A DNA stretch of 32,000 nucleotides from Formosa sp. Hel1_33_131 (GCF_001735745.1 NZ_CP017260.1:270001-302000); one strand, 5' to 3'. Positions 19,501 through 25,498 are shown, numbered from the stretch's first letter. The notes: generated by a model from the letters alone, not told the origin. Made by a program: numbers and translations.

Positions 19501-19843
19501 GAGCACCATCAACTCCGTCTTGACCATCAACACCTGCTGGTCCTGGAGCACCTTGATTTCCTTGAGGACCTGCTGGACCGGCTACACCATCAATTTTTGC
19601 CCAAGCCGTTCCGTCATAAAAATAAAACCCTGATACTTCATCCGTTTGATAAATCATCAACCCTGAAGCTGGTGATACAATTGCATCTCGCTGCGTCTGT
19701 GTGAGTCTTGGAATTAAAATTCCACCTGTAGTGGATTCAATCTCTAATGCCGAAGAGGCATCAGGGTTATTTGTGTTGATACCTACTTGTGCGTAACCCA
19801 ATGCTGTGAACAGCATAAGTGCTATTAATGTGATTTTTTTCAT
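16574..19843 (-). CDS. 1089-aa secreted mosaic fibre/adhesin: N-terminal VGINT..PR.T module, collagen-like triple-helix repeats, DUF1566 (Lcl C-terminal-like) domain, tail-fibre-like and YadA-head-like repeats, second DUF1566 domain
   Basis: Signal peptide MKKITLIALMLFTALGYAQ. 66 G-X-Y triplets span aa 86-291. DUF1566-like blocks are GGFVFWID...YTDWFFPSKDELNEMY...YWTSSE...AVRAIRAV and GGFVIEV..GLVVA...FMDWRLPTIRELELIY..YWSST...AVRAVRAF. The motif SGQVLTtdGSG.lSWTT occurs 4 times, NTAIG/NTALG/NTSIG/NTGLG/NTLIG repeats are present, and VGIGT.sP...L.V motifs match tail-fibre-like proteins. Confidence 0.88.
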   Translation of the reverse strand: MKKITLIALMLFTALGYAQVGINTNNPDASSALEIESTTGGILIPRLTQTQRDAIVSPASGLMIYQTDEVSGFYFYDGTAWAKIDGVAGPAGPQGNQGAPGPAGVDGQDGVDGAQGVQGDQGIQGETGTQGPIGPTGSIGAAGAPGAQGPIGPTGAQGNQGVQGPVGADSTVLGPVGPVGPVGQAGPIGPTGAQGNQGAPGPAGADGADGAQGPIGPAGAQGVQGPVGQAGPIGPAGAQGNQGAQGLAGPIGPTGNQGAQGPAGADSTVSGPVGQVGPTGAQGQIGPAGADADTSEIAALSDIINNGQVAQPLSIGDFVGGGFVFWIDPTDNTKGLVSAIEDQSTGIRWYNGTHITTGATGTAIGTGAVNTTAIINAQGETETSYAAGLARAYNGGGYTDWFFPSKDELNEMYIKKPTLDAISGFTPFSATVYWTSSEVANNRAWKQNFNNGGQVNDNAKHSSSAVRAIRAVSGTTTSSLSAITAEQTTQNTAIDLKANIASPTFTGTVTTPTLIASGNTYPNTTGNANQVLTTDGSGTLSWTTSSAETINGTVNEIEVSTSDSTTTVGLPDNTTITTSLTVDGLYFGTGSGDGDNNLAIGSSMGSGTGKRNTAIGSRALESYSGTGFDNNTAIGYYNMRALSTGSGNTALGAENMFSLTTGIANTSIGNQTMLNVSTGSNNTGLGQRAGESITTGTNNTLIGLDANVSSPNANNETVIGKGAIGSGDNTVQLGNTSVTNVKTSGSITAGEITIPNTDGTSGQVLTTDGSGALSWTTSSAGVSGSGTGNMIAKFDGSSTVLGNSSIYDDGTNVGIGTVSPAQLLHVKAALGDAKALINAYGEGDEAHLMLRAGGINKTAIVASGISNWGRTDLRFILNSYTNANDYGLSDTKMIIKNDGKVGIGTNSPTEKLDVAGNIKFNGALMPNNNAGSSGQVLTSSGTGVPTWTTPSSGSDSVYSVNTFYAELGGFVIEVRDGGKHGLVVAMQDQGVSTWYPIDNLLNDITRHDTNGAKFMDWRLPTIRELELIYLAKANISPMWGGNDYWSSTQPGYGNAYFVNMANGFGTSSNSPGANHSTNNSKAVRAVRAF
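18971..19588 (-). repeat. Collagen-like G-X-Y coding tract (28 + 31 + 7 triplets separated by GAD-STV[L/S] breaks) with internal DNA repeats
   Basis: Strict 9-nt/3-aa periodicity. Plus-strand segments such as GCACCTTGATTTCCTTGAGCTCCTG.TGGACC.ATTGGACCTGCCTGACCTACTGGACC recur. The tract is clearly GC-richer than the flanks. Confidence 0.9.
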
Positions 19844-19844
19844 C

Positions 19845-20543
19845 TTATTGTTTTATGATTTTAAATGTTGAAATTTGGTTTTGTGTGTTTTGTAAATTCA
19901 GTAAATAAACACCTGTTGGTAAGTCTGTAACATCCAGTTCTAAGGCATTTGATTCTAATATTTTTTGACCTGCTGTATTGAACAATGTTGAGTGTTGCGC
20001 AAAATTAGAAACTATAATTATTTTATCGGTTGTTGGATTTGGGTAAACACGTACGATATCATTTAGTGTTTCTGTTTTTATGGTGAGTGTTGCTGATGAA
20101 GCACTTGCAGTAATTTTTTTAAATCCAACAAGTTCTGTGAAATCATAACTCAATATGTTGTTTGTATCATCAATGTTTGGAGCAACATTGTTCCAAACAT
20201 CGTTGGCATCCAATACTTCTAGAACTAATTCTGCTTCGTCAATACCATTGAGTTCAGAATCTAAATAACGAAAAGAAAGTATTCCTGAATAATCAGTTAG
20301 TTCATTTGATAATTCATAAACTCTTTCAATACTAGAGTTATCTCCAACAACTATTGGGGTAGTCGATCGCGCAATAGAATTAGGCCCTGTTATGGTATGA
20401 GATACACTAGGGGATAATTCTAATCCGTCTACTGAAACAGAACTATTGGAGTTAACACTAACAAAACTTCCTGATTCAATGCTGAGAGTTTGGCTAAAAC
20501 AAAAGGAAGTTGCTAGCAATAAAGCTATTAGTAATTTGTGCAT
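19845..20543 (-). CDS. Small secreted protein with T9SS type A C-terminal sorting domain, first gene of the fibre operon
   Basis: 232 aa with signal peptide MHKLLIALLLATSFCFSQ and C-terminus VRVYPNPTTDKIII...LPTGVYLLNLQN...FKIIKQ. Its stop (19845-19847) lies 1 nt from the ATG of the 1089-aa gene (19843). Confidence 0.8.
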   Translation of the reverse strand: MHKLLIALLLATSFCFSQTLSIESGSFVSVNSNSSVSVDGLELSPSVSHTITGPNSIARSTTPIVVGDNSSIERVYELSNELTDYSGILSFRYLDSELNGIDEAELVLEVLDANDVWNNVAPNIDDTNNILSYDFTELVGFKKITASASSATLTIKTETLNDIVRVYPNPTTDKIIIVSNFAQHSTLFNTAGQKILESNALELDVTDLPTGVYLLNLQNTQNQISTFKIIKQ

Positions 20544-20681
20544 GGTTAAACGTTAAATTGGTAATGCAATTTAGTTTAAAAATTATAAACATTTAATACA
20601 TATTTGATATATTATAATAAAAGTAATGATAATTATATTTTATTTGAAAGAATTGAACCTCTTTAAATCCTCAACAAAATA

Positions 20682-20708
20682 GTTCGATTTTACTCCCTTT
20701 AGCTCCAC
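20682..20708 (+). repeat. tmRNA-3'-end-like 27-mer, variant copy 2
   Basis: GTTCGATTTTACTCCCTTTAGCTCCAC, directly abutting repeat copy B. Confidence 0.7.
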
Positions 20709-20869
20709 TTTGAAGCACAGCAAAGCTGTGAATAAACCCTTAAAAAAGCCCTGCAAATTTATTTGTAAGGGCTTTTGTAGGTTTAGACACCTGGGCTGAA
20801 AGCACAGTTTGCTGTATTTCCTAAAAGGGAGCTAAGAGAAAAACCGAAGGTTAATCTCGGCGACTCCAC
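20703..20869. repeat. 167-bp direct repeat, copy B (ends in an exact 15-nt copy of the tmRNA 3' end, TCTCGGCGACTCCAC)
   Basis: 165/167 identical to 16124-16290. 20855-20869 equals 16115-16129 exactly. Confidence 0.95.
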
Positions 20870-20946
20870 AAATTATTGACTATCTTGAACTTTCAAAAAG
20901 ATATGTAATAACCCATTTATTAATTTAAAATTAAGACTTTTAAGTA

Positions 20947-21225
20947 ATGAAATATCCAAATTTATTTAAAGCATTTAATACGCATATAGATTTAGACATT
21001 GATGCATATCTAGATTTAGAAGACCGTTTAGTCCACAAAAAAATAGGTAAAAAAGATTTTTTATTTAAACAAGGGGAAGTGGTTAATTACTTACCATTTA
21101 TTAACGATGGACTAATGATAAATAATATAATAGATAAGGATGGAGAAGAACATGTAATCCAAATTCGGGGGACTGGATTATGGCTTGGTGATTTGTACAG
21201 CTTTTTTTCAGGTGCAACAACATGA
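20947..21225 (+). pseudogene. Crp/Fnr-family regulator fragment: N-terminal cNMP-binding half only
   Basis: 92 codons. KKDFLFKQGEVVNYLPFINDGLMINNIIDKDGEEHVIQIRGTGLWLGDLYSFFSG matches the cNMP-binding beta-roll. The HTH half is missing. The frame ends where an opposing gene fragment begins (~21215-21225). Confidence 0.6.
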
Positions 21226-21380
21226 GAAATGTCAAAAACTGTTAAATCATTATTGATGGCTTCTTCCGTAAAGTTTTTAACAAAAGGAGTTCCTGGAATA
21301 TTAGAAAATTGGGCATGGAGGGGGTTGCTAACAATGAAAATTGCTAGAAAAACGAGACTTCTGATTGTATTTTTAATCAT
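21222..21380 (-). pseudogene. 5' fragment (~53 codons) of a secreted protein gene, truncated against the Crp-like fragment
   Basis: MIKNTIRSLVFLAIFIVSNPLHAQ (signal peptide) is followed by FSNIPGTPFVKNFTEEAINNDLTVFDISH. The rest of the 97-codon ORF (21087-21221) is only the antisense of the Crp-like fragment. Confidence 0.45.
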
Positions 21381-21558
21381 TAATGATAAATAAGTAACTT
21401 TTAAAACGAAACCAAATATACAATTTATGACGAAACCGTATTATTCAACATGATAATTTATTCATAGTTAAGAGGTAAACCTGAGCGCACATAATATAAA
21501 ATTACATTTGACAAGAAATTAAAATAAATTGATTAATTTTGCAACTTACTTTTGTAAA

Positions 21559-21888
21559 ATGTATTTAAACAATCAACTTGCAAAAAATATTGCTGCGTTA
21601 TTGCTTTTATTAGCTTTAATACTTCCGACTGCAATTCAGTTTAGCCATATGATTGAAGGGCATGAAGGTGATACTTGTAATAACCTGAGTACTCACATAC
21701 ATAAATCTGAAAAGAATTGCGAAATATGTGCTTTCCATATTACATCTTTCAACTATGATATTGCTAAATATCCTGATTTACTTTTAGCACAAATTTCTGT
21801 TAAGGTCAGTACAACCTATACCCCATTACAATTATACTTCTCTACCTTAACAAATAATCAGTTACGCGGCCCCCCAGTATTTTCTTAA
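21559..21888 (+). CDS. Small membrane-anchored His/Cys-rich protein, first gene of the TonB-receptor operon
   Basis: I prefer ATG 21559 (109 aa) over the TTG at 21529. It has one N-terminal TM helix (IAALLLLLALILPTAI), then HMIEGHEGDTC..THIH...CEICAFH and a C-terminal RGPP. It lies 39 nt upstream of the receptor gene. Confidence 0.55.
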   Translation: MYLNNQLAKNIAALLLLLALILPTAIQFSHMIEGHEGDTCNNLSTHIHKSEKNCEICAFHITSFNYDIAKYPDLLLAQISVKVSTTYTPLQLYFSTLTNNQLRGPPVFS

Positions 21889-21927
21889 TATACGAACAAA
21901 CACGTTTAATATTAATTAAGAATTTAT

Positions 21928-24327
21928 ATGCGCAACTATGCATTATTGGTACTGCTATTTAGCAGTATTACATCGTTGTCACAAAATTGTGACAATTCAC
22001 TTTCAGGTATAGTAACAGATATTCACGATGGCCAATTGCTCATCGGAGTCACCCTTATTATTGCAGACACTGAACAAACTGTTCAGACGGGTTTAGATGG
22101 AGAGTTTTCTTTTTCAAACCTTTGTAATAACACCTATTTCATACAGGTTTCACACCCCTATTGTTTGACAAAAGGATTTACTGTTAGAATTTCTGGGAAT
22201 ACCAAAAAGTCATTTAAGTTAGAGCATCATATTGAAGAACTCAATCAAATTACGATTGAAGGGAAAGCCTACAGTGACAAATCCAAAACACTTCTCGAGA
22301 ATACTATTAACAAAGAAGAGTTGGAGCGTTTTAATAGTGGCTCTCTTGGTGATGCTCTAAATAGTTTGAGTGGTGTATCGTCACTAAATACAGGGAGCAC
22401 GGTCGTAAAACCAATGATTAATGGACTTCACAGCAGTCGTGTGGTCATCGTTAATAATGGGGTGCGGATGGAAGACCAAGAATGGGGGGCAGAACACGCA
22501 CCTAATATTGACATAAATTCCGTCAGTAACCTTACCGTCATAAAAGGAGCTGGTGCACTTCAATACAGTGGAGATGCTGTAGGGGGCGTAATTATTGCTG
22601 AAGCTTCTAAAGTTCCGGTAAAAGACAGTTTGTATGGCAAAACTTTGATGACTGCAACTAGTAATGGGCGTGGCGCCTCGTTGAGCTCAAAATTGACTAA
22701 AAGTTATCAAAATGGATGGTATGCAACCCTGCAAGGATCCTTAAAACGCTTTGGAGATTTTGAAGCTCCTGGCTATGTATTGAGCAATACAGGGATTTTT
22801 GAGAGAAGTGCTTCTTTACAAGTAGGTTTTAACCGTTTTGACTATGGTATTGAGGGGTATTATTCAATCTTTAAAAATGAGATTGGAATTTTAGCGGCCT
22901 CACATTTGGGCGGTGCTCAAGATCAAATTAGAGCCATCGACAGCGATGTACCACTAATTATAAACGATTTCACATATACGATCAATGCACCTAGGCAAGA
23001 TGTCACCCATCATTTGGCAACTATAAAAGGATTTAAACGGTTTGAAAACTTTGGAAAACTTAGCATCCAATACGATTTTCAAAGAAACAATCGGCTTGAG
23101 TTTGACATCAGGCGTGGGGATGACAAAAAGAAGGCTGCATCAGATTTACAATTAGATACGCATACCGTTTTGCTAGATCTAGATGCACCTTTGTCTGATA
23201 AAATTGTATTAAAAACAGGGCTCATGGCGAAGTATCAAAAAAACGTTGCAAATCCCGAAACGGGTGTGAGACGGTTGATCCCTGATTTTCAGATGTATGA
23301 CTTAGGAATGTACTTTGTAATGGACTACCAATTAAATGACCAATGGCTTCTGGAAGCCGGGGGCCGTTTTGATTACTCCTTTATGGATGTTTTTAAATTT
23401 TACAGAACCTCCTTTTGGGAATTACGTAATTATGACCAGCTATTTCCTGAAATTGTGCTTGAAGAATTGGAGAATCAAATTTTAACCAATCCGCAACTAA
23501 ATTTTAATAACGGTTCAGCTACCTTAGGAGCCAACTATACATTTGGTGAGGATTATAAATTGTTTTTCAACTATTCCATGGCATCTCGAGCGCCAAATTC
23601 CTCAGAACTTTTTAGTGAAGGCTTGCACCATTCTGCTTCTCGAATCGAACTGGGAGATTTAAGCTTCAATTCTGAAATAGCACATAAAGTTGCATTGACA
23701 TTTCAAAAGGAGAACGATCTATTTAGTTTTAATGTAAACCCTTATATTAATACCATTTCTGACTTTATAGTGAATGAACCTACAGAAATTCAGCAGACGT
23801 TGAGAGGCAACTTTCAGGTGTGGGAATACCGCCAAACGGATGCTCAATTGTTAGGTGTAGATGTGGATGCCTCCTATGCTTTTGCTAAAAACGTTCGTTT
23901 AAACAGTCAATTCTCTTTAGTCAAAGGCTATGACCAAACTTTAGACGCGCCACTAATCGGAATGCCGCCTGTAAACATTAGCAACGAAATTGTATATCAA
24001 AATCCTGAATTCAATAACATTCGTCTGTCTTTACAAAGCGCATATCATTTTAAACAAAATGACTATCCCAATACCAATTTTGAAGTGTTCATACCAGAAA
24101 CCGAAACATATAAATTGGTGGATGTAAGCTCTACACCAGACGCGTATCATTTGCTTAATTTTAATTCGAGTATCGATATTAATCTCAACCAAAAATCAAA
24201 ATTAACGGTAGGACTTAGAATTACAAACGTATTGAACACTTCGTATCGAAACTACCTGAACCGTTTGCGCTATTATGCAGATGATTTGGGCAGAAACTTT
24301 TTATTTAATCTTAAAATCAATTATTAA
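21928..24327 (+). CDS. TonB-dependent outer-membrane receptor with N-terminal carboxypeptidase-regulatory-like domain
   Basis: 799 aa with a signal peptide, the CarbopepD_reg-like LSGIVTDIHDGQLLIGVTLII...GEFSFSNL, a plug (VVKPMINGLHSSRVVIVNNGVRMEDQEWGAEHAP) and a long beta-barrel ending in an aromatic residue (..FNLKINY). Confidence 0.9.
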   Translation: MRNYALLVLLFSSITSLSQNCDNSLSGIVTDIHDGQLLIGVTLIIADTEQTVQTGLDGEFSFSNLCNNTYFIQVSHPYCLTKGFTVRISGNTKKSFKLEHHIEELNQITIEGKAYSDKSKTLLENTINKEELERFNSGSLGDALNSLSGVSSLNTGSTVVKPMINGLHSSRVVIVNNGVRMEDQEWGAEHAPNIDINSVSNLTVIKGAGALQYSGDAVGGVIIAEASKVPVKDSLYGKTLMTATSNGRGASLSSKLTKSYQNGWYATLQGSLKRFGDFEAPGYVLSNTGIFERSASLQVGFNRFDYGIEGYYSIFKNEIGILAASHLGGAQDQIRAIDSDVPLIINDFTYTINAPRQDVTHHLATIKGFKRFENFGKLSIQYDFQRNNRLEFDIRRGDDKKKAASDLQLDTHTVLLDLDAPLSDKIVLKTGLMAKYQKNVANPETGVRRLIPDFQMYDLGMYFVMDYQLNDQWLLEAGGRFDYSFMDVFKFYRTSFWELRNYDQLFPEIVLEELENQILTNPQLNFNNGSATLGANYTFGEDYKLFFNYSMASRAPNSSELFSEGLHHSASRIELGDLSFNSEIAHKVALTFQKENDLFSFNVNPYINTISDFIVNEPTEIQQTLRGNFQVWEYRQTDAQLLGVDVDASYAFAKNVRLNSQFSLVKGYDQTLDAPLIGMPPVNISNEIVYQNPEFNNIRLSLQSAYHFKQNDYPNTNFEVFIPETETYKLVDVSSTPDAYHLLNFNSSIDINLNQKSKLTVGLRITNVLNTSYRNYLNRLRYYADDLGRNFLFNLKINY

Positions 24328-24362
24328 TTTAACTATTAAAAAACAACAAAAACAACAAAAAC

Positions 24363-24911
24363 ATGAAAAACATGAAATTTTTAACTACAGCATTATTTAC
24401 AAGCATATTATTTATCGGATGTTCAAAAGACGACGCCCCACAACCTGTAAACGAAGAAGAAGTGATCACCACACTAACCGTAACTCTTGTGCCAAATGAC
24501 GGCAGTACAGCGATCACCTTACAGACTCGTGACTTGGATGGTGATGGACCTAACGAACCCGTTATTACAACTGGTAATTTAGCTACCGGCGTCACCTATA
24601 GTGGTAGCATAGTTCTACTTAACGAAACTGAAAATCCAGCTGAAAACATCACGGATGAAGTTGAAGAAGAAAGTGTAGAACACCAATTTTTCTATACACC
24701 AACAGCTGGTTTGGATGTTACAACTAACGCTGAAAACCTTGATTCAGAAGGCAATAAACTAGGAACCGAGTTTACCTTGGTCGCTGGAGCCGTGAGTTCT
24801 GGAACGTTAACCTTTACGTTGCGTCATGAACCTACTAAGCCAAATACAGGTCTTAACGATGCGGATGGAGAAACAGATATTTCTGCAACGTTTGATGTAT
24901 CAGTACAATAA
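24363..24911 (+). CDS. Lipoprotein of unknown function, partner of the TonB-dependent receptor
   Basis: 182 aa with lipobox LFIGC-SKDD. The mature part is acidic with a repeated beta-rich pattern (EEVITTLTVTL ; GTLTFTLRHEP). It lies 35 nt downstream of the receptor gene. Confidence 0.7.
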   Translation: MKNMKFLTTALFTSILFIGCSKDDAPQPVNEEEVITTLTVTLVPNDGSTAITLQTRDLDGDGPNEPVITTGNLATGVTYSGSIVLLNETENPAENITDEVEEESVEHQFFYTPTAGLDVTTNAENLDSEGNKLGTEFTLVAGAVSSGTLTFTLRHEPTKPNTGLNDADGETDISATFDVSVQ

Positions 24912-25016
24912 ATTTGAATTAGTCACAATTCAATTAATTTGGTTCGAAAAAAAACTTATGGTTATTAAAAAATGAGATTAAATATACCCGTAAGTTAACT
25001 TTACGCAGGCCAAATT

Positions 25017-25055
25017 AAAACCCACAACTCTAAAAGTTGTGGGTTTATTGTTTTT
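25017..25055 (+). terminator. Rho-independent terminator after the receptor operon
   Basis: AAAA-CCCACAAC-TCTAAAA-GTTGTGGG-TTTATTGTTTTT (stem 25021-25028 / 25036-25043). Confidence 0.65.
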
Positions 25056-25074
25056 ATAAATCCTTTCCAAAACA

Positions 25075-25101
25075 GTTCGACTTTAGGCCCTTTGCCTCCA
25101 C
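25075..25101 (+). repeat. tmRNA-3'-end-like 27-mer, variant copy 3
   Basis: GTTCGACTTTAGGCCCTTTGCCTCCAC, preceded by AAAACA as in the other variant copies. Confidence 0.7.
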
Positions 25102-25260
25102 GATTAAGCGCAGTGCGACTGCGAATTAAAATTCAAAAAACTTACCAAGCTTGCTTGTGTAAGTTTTTTTGTTTTAAGGACAAAGCTCTTTTAGACCTTA
25201 TTGGACTCGTTTGTAACGAGTGCAAAATCAACCCTAAAAATTGGTTTCATCTATTGTAAG
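25096..25260. repeat. Diverged third copy of the 167-bp repeat family (hairpin, terminator-like hairpin, hairpin)
   Basis: Same order of elements after CTCCAC as in copies A and B: the small hairpin CGCAGT-GCG-ACTGCG (25109-25123), then A6-CTTAC..GTAAG-T7 (25135-25170), TTTAGAC, the hairpin ACTCGTT-TGT-AACGAGT (25205-25221) and CCTAAAA. Alignment done by eye. Confidence 0.45.
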
Positions 25261-25498
25261 CATTGTATGATGCACTCAGAAAATTAGCACTAAAAAGTAC
25301 TTAGAAATTAAAACAATAAATTTGATAATAATAGAGATTTATGCCAATTTAATTATGACAACGCTACATTCTTAGATAAATTTCATTAATATTCTTTTTA
25401 TTATCTTACCTTTATTGAACCTCTTTATCTTAAACTAATTTAACCTTTATATTAATTATGTTGTAAAAACTGAGTATAAATCTTTTTTTAATCAACAA

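Larger units (their letters stand above)
16124..20869. mobile_element. Putative integrated, integrase-less island/cassette at the ssrA 3' end, delimited by the 167-bp direct repeats
   Basis: Near-identical direct repeats contain tmRNA 3'-end copies on both sides. The cargo is a two-gene surface-fibre operon whose collagen tract has atypical composition. No recombinase gene is present, so mobility is inferred only. Confidence 0.4.

Noticed and set aside
18971-19588. Regularly spaced short repeats that might be a CRISPR array or satellite
   Set aside because: The periodicity is 9 nt/3 codons within an intact 1089-codon ORF. There is no repeat-spacer organisation, and no cas genes are in the window.
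18961-19704. Long plus-strand ORFs (247 aa LDLLDLPDLLDLEHLD..., also 19109-19327 and 19355-19633) that might be leucine-rich repeat proteins
   Set aside because: They are antisense shadows of the G-X-Y collagen codons (GGN CCN NNN read backwards lacks stops). They have no start context, and the minus-strand gene explains the region completely.
21529-21558. TTG start at 21529 for the small His/Cys-rich protein (119 aa in the track)
   Set aside because: The ATG at 21559 gives a standard N-terminus ahead of the TM helix. The extra 10 codons overlap TAnnTTTG-like promoter boxes (21534-21541, 21547-21554). Either start remains possible.
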